Origin: Camelus ferus
Lineage: Eukaryota
Assembly (NCBI RefSeq): GCF_009834535.1
Contig: NC_045697.1
Location: forward strand, 25,670,001-25,734,000
DNA length: 64,000 nt
Reading direction: 5' to 3'
Part shown: positions 36,935-50,492 of the stretch, piece after piece
How positions within the stretch are numbered: position 1 is the stretch's first letter
Layout: each line of letters begins with the position of its first letter
The notes under the pieces: generated by a model
The model's input: only the letters and a program-made list of their open reading frames with translations
Databases searched by the model: none
Told to the model about the DNA's origin: nothing
Position numbers and translations under genes: made by a program

Positions 36935-38539
36935 GCAAGGTTAAAGGAGACAGAGAAATCAAGACCAATATGGAAAAATTTACTATTGCATTTGTATGAA
37001 GTGACACGGATATGACCCTATCTCCCCTCCCTCATATCAAATACAAAGTAATTGCTACTGGTTCGCATTTTTTTTTTTTTTTTGTAAACCTCCCTGTTAT
37101 AGAAAGTATAAATATAATCAAGGAGGATAAGTAAATGTGTCACAAATAGTTTGGGCTGCTTACTGAGGATCTCGTTTTTATATTTTAAAATATATAAATT
37201 ATAGGGACGTTTCAACCCTGTGGATTTTTTTTAAAGCATAGGAGTCCTATATTGAAACAACTTCTTAGATTCCTGCCATTTAAGCCTGAATTACAGTTGC
37301 CATAGTTAAACTCCAGTTTGATTCAAACTTTATATGTTTTAAGCCCATTTTAAAATATAACTAAAACTTCTTTTGCATAAATGTCACTAGAGTGGTTCTC
37401 TCTGTCTCACTCTAACACACACAAACATACACACATGCACACACTCACACACACTGTTCAGTTCCACAACCCCTGTGGCTCCGAGCAAACTCAACCCTAA
37501 AATTTTTGAGGCTATTAAAACTCTATCAAAATTGGAAAAGTCTGATCTGAATTACTCCCTGTGGTCCCTAAAATCCCAACAAGCGTTCAGAGTTTACTTC
37601 GAGTTCCTAGAATGTCCATTGCCACATACCCTTCAAACCAGAAATAATCGTTCCTTCCTTATCACCCCATTCCATTTGACTTCACTCATACCAGTTTGTT
37701 ATTTGTGTTGCAAACATTTGTTTACTTTGAGTCTGTGGGAGTTACTTTGTGAAGAAAGATTTCCCATATTAATTATCTATGTATCCCCTGTAGCTAAATC
37801 CAAGACACCTTCCATGCAGAAGCCCATCAATAAACATTGACTGCACTTAGTTGAAGTCTAGTATCTAAATTCACAGGAAGAAAAAGGCAAATGACAAAGG
37901 CTTTCAGTCTTCATCTTCTTTCCCTCATTAATAGAATTCCCAGATACATGGAATGTGCACTTGCCTATACACACACACACACATATATTTTAACGGTATC
38001 TGGTGATCTCTCCTCTCTTAGTGATCTGTCCATTAACACATGGAATGATTTAGATGAACTTAAAGGATTTGCCTTACTGAGCATCATTTGCCAAGTGTAG
38101 CTTTAAGCAAGATGAACACTTCCAAAGGAACTGCTTTAAAATATTCTCTAGACTGAATCAAGAAGAGTCCCTTAGTCCTTTATCTGACAAAAATGACAGA
38201 TTCACTGCACACATCACTATTTCTTAATGGGGAATTATTTCAGTTTCCCAATCATCTAGGTCCTAAAGCTAAAGATACATACACTGAAATTAGTTTACAA
38301 AAATGCCAGACTTCCCTTGTGATTTCTAATGCAATGATTAATACAGCCTGCCATGGATACATTGAATTTATAACTTAAGAAGTCTTAAGGTATAGTAACT
38401 TCTCTGGAATCTCTTTTGAGACAATCTTTCTACTTATTTTGCAACTCCCCATAACTAAAAAAAAAAAGTTTTAATAAAGAGCAGTCTGCTCTTAAGAACA
38501 GATACCTTGAACTTAGTACTGATTTAAGTGTAATACATT

Positions 38540-38900
38540 TATTTATCCAATGAATATGTAATGAGAATCTTTATGTGCCAGGTATCAGATTGTATGGCAA
38601 TTAAATGGCAATGCAGATTCAAACAGGACTTTGTCTGCACCCTCTTGTTGCTTAGGCACAAGAAGGAGAGGACAGACCACAAACAAATGCATAAAGTTGT
38701 GTATAATTTGAAATAAAGAGCAGTAATTTGAAGCACTGACTATAAGGGCTAGTGAGTGGCTGGTGGGGACTGGTGTTTTTAATGAGCTGCTCAGGGAATT
38801 CTCTGAAGATGGGGTATTTCGGCAGATAATGGAATTTAAAATTAAGAAACAGAAGAAGTCAACTAAGAAGATAAGGATACAGGAACTTGTGATGTAGGAG
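38540..38900 (-). mobile_element. L2 3' fragment
   Basis: ATTTATTTATCCAATGAATATGTAATGAGAATCTTTATGTGCCAGG...CAGGGAATTCTCTGAAGATGGGGTATTT. Confidence 0.55.
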
Positions 38901-39467
38901 GGAAAAGAAATCAAAAGTTACTTGGTGAAAGTATATCAAGGGTTTTTTTTTTTTTTAAGACTTTTAATTATCTTAGTGTCTTAACCTTAGCTATTAACAA
39001 AGAGCCAAGAATGGTCAGATATTTGATGAAAGTCTCCTACTAAGAGAGAAATACCAAACTTAAACAGAAAAAATAAAGGAAATAGAGCACATCCAGACAA
39101 TGCCAGAAGTAGACATCCTCAGAAAAAAAAATCATTTGGTGCTCTCACAGAATTCAAAGATATTGCATCAAAATTATATATGTGAGCATTTTAGTGCTAT
39201 CTGGTTTATAAGCCATAAGCATGTATTGCATTAACAATGATGATAAACTAATTGAGAGATTCTTTTGTACAGTATACAATAAGCAGGTAGTCTTGACTTG
39301 TTAAATTTTTTGATGATAAACTGTTGACAGAAAGATGAAAAAATGATAAGAAATAAGAAAAATGGTTCTGAATAATTGGAGAGACATTATATTTTTTGAT
39401 AAAGGGATTTCTGTGATTTATAAACTAAAGTACTATGACTGAAAGGAACAGAAAAAGCAACACACAC

Positions 39468-39540
39468 TGACTGAAACATTGTGCTGTACACCAGAAATTG
39501 ACACATTGTAACTGACTATACTTCACTTAAAAAAAAACAA
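39468..39540 (+). mobile_element. Extremely 5'-truncated L1 3' tail (about 70 bp)
   Basis: TGACTGAAACATTGTGCTGTACACCAGAAATTGACACATTGTAACTGACTATACTTCA plus A tail, homologous to the L1 ends at about 48290-48370 and 60720-60790. Confidence 0.85.
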
Positions 39541-40908
39541 AGCACCAGTTCAATAACCAAAGAAATGAATGGCAGGCATGATAGTAAGGCTACATATAAG
39601 AACTGGCGAAAAGGTATTAGAAGAAAACAACATTTTAAAAATGTATACCTGACTATAAATTTAGTCTACAGTACCAACAATGTTTGCACTTGGAGAGACT
39701 CTTCTACATTCCGTAGGATGGAATCCTTGGCTCTTGAAGCCTTTCGGTAGCCTGTTCAGCGTGGTGGGAGACACTGTAGAATGTGAGAATTTCTGCTGGT
39801 ATCATTTTGTTTGACTTATTTAAATAGTCCAAGTTAATGTGAGGTTTCATAAAACTAGTAAACACCTCTTAAATGACCCTCTAAATCTCAGACACGGCAA
39901 TTTTAAATCAAAGAAGGTTTTTTTTTTTTCCTTTTTTGTCTTTCTTTCCCTAAATTGAATATTCTACATTACAAGACAGGATTAACATGAAGCAAACTTT
40001 CATTCAGATGGATGATGGTGTGAAATCCCTTTGTGCTTTATTTTTGTTTCTAGTGTTTATATAACATTTAAAGCACCTCTGCTTTGTTGATAGATATTGA
40101 ACACCAGTAATTGTACTACCTGAGCTAATTAGGCAACTAGAGCGTGTTTACTGTGCCCATCAATTTTCTGTTCAGCAGAACATCTCAAACCCAGTTAACG
40201 AGGAAGAGCAGTGTGAAATGGCTGCTTAATTGTGTATATGGTATTCTCCAAAGCTAACCAATGACCTCAATTAACAAATCGAGGTTAGCACTGTTCATTT
40301 CACTGTCTTTCACAGCCTTCTGCAGCTGCTTTCCCCAAAGCAAGCCTCTGTCTCATAGAGAATCTTTACTGGGTTTGCACTAAGCAGAGAGATTGGTCAA
40401 CCCACAGAGGAAATGATGAAGATCTCGGTTTAACCTAAACCTGAGTAGCACCACAAACAGCAAAACAATTTTAGCTGTTATTTTTCTTTTCAGAGTGCTT
40501 TGAGAACCTACGAGTAGGGAAAATAGAACTTTATGTCTTCATATCATAGACTTCCTTGGGGCTGTACTAGAATGTTAATAAAATGCTAGGTAAAACATAT
40601 ATCTAGCATCCAGGGACAGGAATGTACTGTCTTTGCAAACGTTAAATAAGCTGTTCCGTTATCTTGCACATTAGCTCCATAACAAAATACACTTTGAACA
40701 TAGCTTAGATATTTTTAGTGGTTGAAAGCTATCATTAAAAAGACAAGGGATGGCATGAATACCCTTTAATCTGAGTAGGCTTTTTTTGATGGAAATTTAA
40801 AAAGATATACTCAGATTTGTTTTTTACTTTTTTTGTAAAACCTTACTTTTAAGACTAACCATAGACAGAAGGCCACATTACAGGAAGAGAGGGGGAAAAA
40901 AGTTAAAT

Positions 40909-42271
40909 GTTCTGGTTCTGGGAAAATTGGGCAGCTACATGTAAAAGAATGAGATTAGGACATTTCCCCACACCATACACAGAAATAAACTCAAAATGGA
41001 TTAAAGTCTTAAATGTAAGACTAGAAACCATAAAACTCCTAGAAGAAAACATAGGCAGAACACTCTTTCACATAAATTGTAGCAATATTTTTTTGGATCT
41101 GTCCCTAAGGCAAAAGAAATAAAAGAAATAAAAATTAACAATGGGGCTTAATTACACATAAAAGCTTTTGCAAAGCAAAGGAAACCACTGACAAAACGAA
41201 AATACAACCTAATGAATAGGAGAAACTATTTGCAAATGATATGCTGGATAAGGAGTTATTATCCAAAATATATAAACAGCTTATACAACTCAACAGCAAA
41301 AAAACCAAACAAACAACCAATTTAAAACATGGGCAGACCTGAATAGACATTTTTCCAAAGACATATAGATAGCTAAGAGGCACATGAAAATTTCAACATC
41401 AATAATTATTAGAGAAATGCAGATCAAAACCACAGTGAGATATCATATCACATCTATTAGAATGGTTAACATCAAAAAGTTATAAATAAAAATTACTGGT
41501 GAGAATGTGGAGAAAAGGGAACCCTAGTACACTGTTGGTGGGAATGTAAATTGGTGCAGACACTATGGAAAACATATGGAGGTTTCTCAAAAAACAAAAC
41601 ATAGAACTACCATACAACCCAGCAATTCTAATCCTTGGCATGTATGGGAAAAAAAATGAATCATTAATTTGAAAAGATACATGGCACCTCAAAATATTCA
41701 TGGCTGCATTATTTACCATAGCCAAGACATGGAAACAACCTAAGTGTCCATCAACAGATAAATGTGTGTGTGTGTGTATATATATATGTGTATATATATA
41801 TGATTTTATATATATATATATACATGATTTTCTGCTATTTGCAACAACATGGATGGACCTGGAGATTATTATGGTTAGTGAAATAAGTCATACAGAGAAA
41901 GACAAATACTGTATGTTATCACTTATATGTGGAATCTAAAAAAATAAAACAAATGAATCTATATAACAAAACAAAAACAGACTCACAGGTGTAAAAAACA
42001 AACCAGTGGCTACCAGTAGGGAGAAGAAAGTGGGGAAGCACGAGATAAGGGTATGGGATTAAGAGACACAGACTGTTATGTATAAAATAAATAAGATACA
42101 AAGATGTAATGTACAGCACAGGGAAAATAGTGAATAATTTATAATAACTTTAAATGGAGAATAATCTATAAGAATATTGGATCACTATGCTGTACACCTG
42201 AAACTAATATAATTTTGTAAATCAACTATAATTAAAACAAAAAGGATGAATAAAGTCAGAGCATCTAATGA
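40909..42271 (+). mobile_element. 5'-truncated L1 with short 3' extension
   Basis: ORF2 remnants WENWAATCKRMRLGHFPTPYTEINSKWIK and [19 protein letters not shown]; 3' UTR to about 42243; TSD AAAAAAGTTAAAT (40896-40908) / AAAAAAGTCAAAT (42272-42284). Confidence 0.95.
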
Positions 42272-43019
42272 AAAAAAGTCAAATCTTGCTAAAGTCAGAC
42301 TATGTGAAATACAATATTTTAAAAAATTAAAAATAATGAGTACAGAAGTAGTCATTCACATTCGTAACTAAGCATGTTGTATTCTCTTCACGATATATTT
42401 TATAAACCAACACAGGCTTATACAAGCTCTTTCCAACTCTGGTTATAATGAGGAGAAACTGTGGTGCCTTGAATGTACTCTAGAGAAAGAGATTAAAATA
42501 TCCTACTATCATCACTGTACTATCTGAACAAACCCAATTTCCCCTTTACTACTTCTTTCAATCTGCCAGGAACGCTTAACAAAACAGTATAATTAAATTA
42601 TGGTGAAATTCTTCCATTTATTTACAGAGAAACAAAATATTCTGTAGAAAGTTTAAAGCAGGAATGTAGGTGAAAAACAGCAAATGGGAGATATTATACT
42701 CCTATTTGACTCATGAGAAAATAAGAGGAAAAATTTTTTTCTAAAAATGGATCTCCATTGTTTGAAATATTTTCTGGCAACCTGAAACAGGAAGTTGAAA
42801 CCAGCAATCTTTGTGTTAAATCTAGAGTATCTATTTTCTTATGATTGTGCCAGTATTCATTAAAACTGTATTTTACTGGTTTTTATTCTCTGCCTCCCAT
42901 AACCCTAGTTTACTGTACTGAATACCTCTATAAACTAGTTGGCTGAAAAGTGACGATGTAGAGGATAATTTTACTCACTATTTATAACAGTTCCATCCCT
43001 ATCTGCTTCCTAGTAAAGG

Positions 43020-43250
43020 GAGGCATGATTTTGGAGTATGTGTCCTGGAGTCAAACACTGGCTTGAATTCAACTTCTTCTTATTGGCTATATAATTTTAT
43101 GTGAATTACTTTTCCAAGCTTGAATTTCCTCATATTCTGTACTAGGATAATAACAGTAATAAGTTTCACCCTAGAGTTTCATTTATTTGAGACGGTGCTT
43201 CCTAGAACAGTGTTAAGCTTATTGTATACATAAACTATATGTTATCTACC
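43020..43250 (+). mobile_element. MIR SINE
   Basis: CTGGAGTCAAACACTGGCTTGAATTC...AATTTCCTCAT...GGATAATAACAGTA...TAGAACAGTG. Confidence 0.6.
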
Positions 43251-43739
43251 ATTTTGTTTTTATTGCTATCATCATCATTATTATTGATTCAAAATAAATA
43301 CTGAAGTCACCCATCCTTTCCCAGCAGAATTCTAAATCACAAGAAATGCAAAGCCAATGATGACTAAAGACCTGAGATGGGCAGCTATAGATGTGTTTCT
43401 TAATCCCATGGGTATTAAATAAACAAATGTTCACAAGGAACAATAGTCTCATGCTGCCAGTCTTGGACTCTTGTATAAAGCCTATAATGTATATAGCAAG
43501 AGCTCAAAATCCATGGGTTTGTTCTAGTTCTTTCCTCCCTGATAAAATAAACTCATAACTAATCTTACTAGCTCTTTTCAAAATTTTCACTTAAATTACA
43601 AAGTCTCTAGAATAACAGATCATGTTTTTTATGGGTTAGCTCCAAGAAATCTATGAGCTTACTGAAGTGAATGCAAATATTGGTAAGTACAGTTTTTACA
43701 TTGTCTCCTACAGACTCACTTGTCTTTATCCAGCTCTTT

Positions 43740-44330
43740 ATTTAAGTTTTTCACTGGAGTCAGAGCAATATTTTAAAATGAAAAATGCACTGGTTCAATA
43801 ATACTACCAATAAGTCTGATTGACTAAGGAAAAATTAATATTCTCTTAATTTTTAGGATAAATATCAAAATCCTTAACTTGAACTTGAAGGCTCTAAGAG
43901 GCTTGAATTTTATCAATCAAAGTAGTCACATTTGTCTCATTTCACTTCCTAAAATGTATTATTCCTCCCCATGTCACAGGGCCTTACTACATGCTGGTCT
44001 TTTTGCCAAGATGCTGGCTCCTCTGATCCCCAACACACTCTACATCATTCTTCAGGTCTCAAAACATCTTTTCCTACCCTCCTTGATTAGGATAGACACC
44101 CGTAGTATACCCTCTCATGGTACCATGTAGCTCCCCAATGTAACTATTATAACAGTTCAAATTTTAATTTACTTATGTATTAATCTCATTAATCTCTGCC
44201 TCCCACACGTATTTAGTAAACTTCTTTTTGGAAAGTATGTGATCTATATCTGTTCACCTTTGAATTATACCATTTAGGACAATGCTTGACAAAATAGATA
44301 CTTGTTGAATGAGTGTATGAATAAATAAAT
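43740..44330 (+). mobile_element. L2 3' region
   Basis: CAGAGCAATATTTTAAAATG...GGATAAATATCAAAATCCTTAAC...TTGTTGAATGAGTGTATGAATAAAT terminal repeat. Confidence 0.65.
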
Positions 44331-46149
44331 TAAAAAAATTAAAAAAAACATATTGCTAGCTCCAGTGTTTATCACATTATATTGTTATCTTGAAGGCAGA
44401 AGATTTTACTAATTAATCTTTGAGGTCGTAGTTGTTTCACCTAATGTCTACTACATAAAAATCAAGAAATCTGTTGAATAAAGGCAAAAATAAAGTCTAG
44501 CATAGGAGTGGCCACAGAATAGTCTTTTAATGAATGATAGCTAATGCTGATACTACTCTCATGATTACTTTTATTATTACTTATGACTTTGAGGTAAACC
44601 GTTATTCAAAACTAAAAATGTGCTATTGAATATACATAAGCATACCTAAACATCTTGCATAGTTTGCTTTAAATAAAAAACTTTAAATATTTTGTTGAGA
44701 TTTTTAAAAACTGACATTATGCTGAGATTATAATCTTAGCATGATATTTTTCTCCCTTTTAAACCAAGCCTAATCTGTTTATTAATTTAAATGAATCAAA
44801 AACATAATTATGTTAATATTTCTTTAACTAGGTTGATAAAAATATAGAACTAATTTTCAAAAGGGCATGTAAAGGCACCTCTTCCCTGAAGACTAAAGAT
44901 ATTCATGCCTTTTTTTAGTCTTTTACATCAAAAATATATATTTTAATTTATCCTAGGTATAAACTTCAAACTTAATGTTAAATTTCTCCTGATGCATAAA
45001 TGTTACCAATATTATAAATATTATAATATTTATATTATATGAATATGAATAAGTCAGAACTATATAACTTCATAATACTTTTCAGAAACCTACAGTAGTT
45101 AATAGAGTTGCTGAATTAAACAAAAATTACTATATCATTGAGAGTCAGGTAAAATATATAGACTTACTAATTTGTTCAAAAGGCTTATGATTAGAAACAA
45201 GAATCTAAATTGGGACAATAAGCAACTTTGGAACCATGCAATGATGCATATGAAAAAGTGACTTAATACTTGAGGGAAAAATAACACTTTAGCAACTGAT
45301 GCAATTAAAATCTACTTATTTTACAGAATCTGATTTCTTATTGTTCTGCTTGATCAGCTTCCTGCCTACCTCTTCCCCCTTATGAAACAAAAAGCTCAGT
45401 TTTGACGTGATGCCCAATTGAACAATTTAACACCCACATTCATAAACTAAAATAAATAATTTCCTCTAAACGTTATTTCATCGTTGAGTGAACTCCTGTG
45501 TTGAGAGACTTCTATAGCTTTTGTAAGAGTTCCAAAAGTTTAGCTCATGGCTATTTTAACCCTATGCTCTTTTTAGATTTTTACAAAAATAATCAGAAGA
45601 CCAAATTTAAGCCTCTTCCCACTATAATTGTTGATAGATATTTGAGAAAATGATAAAATAATGATAAAGCTGACATGAGAATATTTCAGAATTAAAATAA
45701 AGCATTCTCCTTCTAGTAATATGAAAAAGGAAAGAAATTCAAAAATAGTTTATTGCCTTGATACATATTTTGTATTTTATGTTCTGATATTCCCTAATTC
45801 AGGCCAAAACTTTCACACTGGATTTTGTTGAAGAAACAAAATTAAATACCAATCTTTAATAAAACCACAAAGAAGAATAAAATGACTTCAAGGCAGAACC
45901 ACCCATTCACCGAGCTTTCTGTGTTTGGAAGCATGTTGAGACTTACGACAATATTCTACAGCTTTTATCTAATTAAGCTTTTTAAAAGTATAAATGTATT
46001 GACTGAGTAATCAACTTTCAATTCTATGGAAATAAAAGCAAATTCTTCAAAAAACCCCACTTCCATCCTGCAACTTAAATTATATAGGGCTAATGAAAAA
46101 TCATACACCAGTATGTTTATTGTTAGGGTGTCAGAATTGTAAGTTCTAT

Positions 46150-46804
46150 TGTCGCAGTTATTGTCATGGTTGTCAGTTTTAAACCACCCCTTTACACTCA
46201 GTTTGTGATGCTGGGACTGGGACCGCATTGTCCTTCTGACTTCTGTTTAAGTCTCTACCATTACAAGATACTAGTAAAGTACTGGAAGAAATAAGGAAAA
46301 AGAAGGAACATGCCCCTTCTTGTTTGTTTCCTATTCCTGTTTTTGCTGCTTGCTGCTCTCACCATCACAATAGCAACAATTTTTCACCCTGATGGTAACA
46401 TTTCATTTCAGTAACAGCAGTTGATTTCAGTTTTCACTTTTCCAAACATTTTCAGAACCAACCTTATCACACCTCCTCAGAGATGTCAGCTTCACAGACT
46501 GAGAACTAACTCCTCCTTGGTCATCTGAGTTTCAGCCGCCGGAGTTTCAGGCACTGCAGATTCCCTACTCCATCTCCAGCGTTTTAATAACTTCAGCCTT
46601 TCCACTGCCCCAGCCTTAGAATGGAATCACCTTCCAGTAGCTACCACCCCTGATGCATTAGTATATCCTTTCTGCCTATCCAGTCCTCAAATAACTAGTA
46701 TCAAATCTTTATATTAATTACTCCTGATCAAAACCAAAACCGAAAAGAAACAACAACAAACACTGCTACAGTTTTTGTCTCCAGATGGGACCCTGAATGA
46801 CACA
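46150..46804 (+). mobile_element. LTR33-like (ERVL) solo LTR
   Basis: CCACCCCTTTACACTCAGTTTGTGATGCTGGGACTGGGACC start and TTTTTGTCTCCAGATGGGACCCTGAATGACACA end resemble LTR33. Confidence 0.65.
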
Positions 46805-46991
46805 CATGTCATAATCACAGACTAACAAGGGATTGTCCAAATCCTTTTGCCCACACATATTTGTTTATGAAATCAGTGTGTGAATTCTCATGAATTTTTC
46901 AGCTCAACTTCAATCCCTAGCGGCCATTGATAAAGAAACCAGAGTTACATTTAAATACTTTGCTTTTTTTAAGTTAAAAATGAGCCACTCA

Positions 46992-48366
46992 TCTGGAAGA
47001 GTTTGAGAAGGACTGGTATGGGTTCTTTGTATGTTTGGTAGAATTCCCCGGTGAAGCCGTCCGGTCCTGGACTTTTATTTGTAGGGAGGTTTTTAATTGC
47101 TATTTCTATTTCCTTTCTAGTGACCGGATTGTTCAAGTGTTCAGATTCTTCTTGATTCAGTCTTGGCGGACAGTATGTTTCCAGAAACTTGTCCATCTCT
47201 CTCTAGGTTATCCAGTTTGTTTCCATATAGTTTTTCATAATATTCTCATATGATATTCTGTATTTCTATTTTGTTTGTTGTAATTTCTCCATTTTCCTTT
47301 CTTATTTTGCTAATTTGTGCTCTCTCTTTTTTCTTCTTTGTGAGTTTGGCCAGAGGTTTGTCAATTTTATTTACTTTTTCAAAAAACCAGCTTTTGGTTT
47401 GGTTGATTTTTTCTATGGTCTTGTTAATCTCTATTGTATTCATTTCCTCTCTGATCTTTATTATTTCCTTCCTTCTGCTGCTTTTTGGGGCTTTTGTTCT
47501 TCTTTTTCTAATTCATTCAGGTGGTGGGTTAAATTGTTTATTTGAGATTGTTCTTCTTTTCTGAGGAAGGCCTGTATCTCTATAAACTTCCCTCTTAGCA
47601 CTGCCTTTGCTGTGTCCCATAGGTTTTGAGTGATTGTGCTTTCATTGTCATTTGTCTCAAGGTATTTTTTAATTTCAGCTTTGATTTCCTCATTAACCCA
47701 TTGTTTTTTCAATAACATATTGTTTAATCTCCCACTCCTGGGCTTGTATCCAGAAGGAACCCTACTTCAGGATGACACCTGCACCCCAATGTTCATAGCA
47801 GCACTATTTACAATAGCCAAAACATGGAAACAGCCTAAATGTCCATTAACAGGTGACTGGATAAAGAAGATGTGCTATATTTATACAATGGAATACTACT
47901 CAGCCATAAAAACCAACAACATAATGCCATTTGCAGCAACATGGATGCTCCTGGAGAATGTCATTCTAAGTGAAGTAAGCCAGAAAGAGAAAGAAAAATA
48001 CCATATGAGATCGCTCATATATGGAATCTAAAAAACAAAAACAAAGACAAACAAACAAACAAACAAACAAAAACAAAGCATAAATACAGGACAGAAATAG
48101 ACTCATAGACAGAGAATACAGACTTGTGGTTGCCAGGCGGGTGGAGGGTGGGAAGGGATAGACTGGGATTTCAAAATTGTAGAATAGGTAAACAAGATTA
48201 CACTGTATAGCACAGGGAAATATACACAAAATGTTATGATAACTCAGAGAAAAAAATGTGACAATGAGTATGTGTATGTCCATGAATGACTGAAAAATTG
48301 TGCTGAACACTGGAATTTGACACAACATTGTAAAATGATTATAAATCAATAAAAAATGTTAAAAAA
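46992..48366. mobile_element. Young L1 with 5' inversion (minus 46992-47730, plus 47731-48366)
   Basis: Perfect 16-bp TSD AAAAATGAGCCACTCA (46976-46991, 48367-48382). Minus piece encodes WVNEEIKAEIKKYLETNDNE...[14 protein letters not shown]; plus piece encodes PLLGLYPE...[12 protein letters not shown], then 3' UTR and poly(A). Confidence 0.97.
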
Positions 48367-48756
48367 AAAAATGAGCCACTCAACATTACTAACTCAGTAA
48401 AAAGTGGTTTTCAATACCGTTTCAGCTGTCATTAGCAGGTTTACAGAAAGGATTACCTTTTCATATATATATATTAAAGTAGTCTGAACTGGCAATACCC
48501 AAGACTTCCACTCCTAATTCTTTACTCACTTATCTCTCTTCCCATTAAATACACTCCCATATGCATGATCCAGTGGCGACAAACCTCAGGACTTCAAACA
48601 TAGAGATGGGAATTCCCCCCCAAATCCTTCTCTTTTACCAACCTTATGTCCCAAGGAAGACACCCCCGCTTGCACAGAGGCTTATCTGCTTTCTGTTTTT
48701 TCCCCTCACCAAAATCTGTCAGTCTATGCCCACAGCTGAGCTTGGTTAACAGAAAC

Positions 48757-49264
48757 TAAGGCAGATGCCACATAAGCAAAACCACAGACCCAGCCCAGAG
48801 CCAGAAAGGACCCAGCGGGCAACAGTCAATTGCCCTGAACCTGTTCCAGCCTGACCGAGAGCGCAGTGTGTGTGCAGATGAGACTCAAAGTGTCTGAAAG
48901 TTGCCTATGCTTCATCACCATGCTAGGATCTCCACCCAAAGAGAGGACTTTTGGTGAGGCACAATGAGTGCCATGTGCAAAGGATTCCAAACGACTGTGT
49001 GCTCTGGCTATTTCTGGAAATCACTGCCCCTTCCCTGAATTCTGATGGCTACCCACCTCTTACCCTTAAAAGTTTCCCACTTCCCCTCCCAAACCCTCAA
49101 AGAAGGGTGTTTTAGAGCACGAGCTCTCCCTTCCCCATTCCTTGATCAATGAATAAAGTTTATAGTCTATTGCCAAACCTAGTCTCCCATTCAATTGGCA
49201 GGAGCAGCACGGGGCAAGGAGAGGACCTGGTTGGGGTCCACCTGAACCCAGAGGGTCAGTAACA
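48757..49264 (+). mobile_element. Solo LTR (ERV1-type); 5' boundary uncertain
   Basis: GC-richer block with a TATA-like CTTAAAA near 49065, AATAAA at 49152-49157 and terminal GGTCAGTAACA at 49264. Confidence 0.75.
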
Positions 49265-50120
49265 CTAAGACTAGGGTGAGTAACTCTCTTCCATGCTTCA
49301 TCCTGTCAAGCAAATGCTCCTGTCCTTTACTCTCTGAACTATGCTGTCAACTTCCTGCCAATAGAAAGCTTTGTTAATATAATTCCTACTGATAACAATT
49401 CAGTTAATACAATGCTGAGCTTTCTGCCTGTGTTCAGCAAATGTGGGATGAATAAATGAGTGAATGCAGTCATGAGTAATCCTCTTGGATTACACAACAA
49501 ACATTTGCCATGTCTATACATTTTTCTATGATCTGAACTTTAGTGTTACTATCTCCCCCCAAAATATAATCTAATCAATAGCCTGCTTTCTTACTGCATA
49601 TGCTTGAGTTTGTGTCACATTCTACACCTGCTGAATCTCACTTACTTAGGTAAAATATTTCCAGCAAACTTTGGAGTCATTAAAATGATTAATTGTGTTG
49701 GATTTAATTTAGCGTTAAGTATATTCTGTTGTTTTCTAATTCTTTGGGAAATTGGTAATCCCCCCGTTTAGTGTATGTGATAATTCCTTATTAATTAAAA
49801 ATCTGTTTAACAAGAACAGCAGATTCCCCCTCTACAACAGATAACACAGAATTTACTCTATAATTAACTCCCTGTCAAATTCTTAAACTAATTTTATCTC
49901 AGGTTCTCTTCCGAGATGCTTTGGCTCTATCTGTGGTTGTGGAAACCATCTGGTGCAAATCTCCCTTGATTTCTGTATTTATGATGTCACTTTTCCCACA
50001 TAAAACCAGACTTAACTATATCTTGCATTACTATAAATATATTTTACTCTATTTTTTCACTTACCTCTTGCTATTGGTTCAAAACTGGGAACTTCCCTGG
50101 TGAAATCTGAAACTGGCCTC

Positions 50121-50492
50121 TGTATAAGAGGCTAAAGAGAGACCCAAGAAAGGAGCAGGTCACTCCAGTTGAGCAGGTGGGTTTTAATAAGCAAGGGAAT
50201 TTACACACAAGGTTTGCTTTGGGCTGCAGCAGCAAGATAAGTAGATTCCCAAACTTGCTTGCCAGAATCTTAAAAGTTTAAATAGAGGTCTTAACTGGAT
50301 TCATTTATTCTGTCCTGATGGTCTCAACTAGCACATTACTATCTCAAGGCTGTGTCCTTGAGGCAGCTTCTATTGTAGGGAAGGCAATCAGAATGCACAT
50401 TCCAAGGACAGGGGAGGAGGTGAAAGCTTTAGATTGCCTGGGTCCAGCTCACAGGTCAACCTGCAGTCACGTCCTCTCAGTGACCTCCAACA
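50121..50492 (-). mobile_element. Solo LTR, minus strand
   Basis: TG...CA bounded (TGTATAAG.../...CTCCAACA); minus strand has a TATTTAAA box near 50280 and ATTAAA near 50185 in LTR order. Confidence 0.7.
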
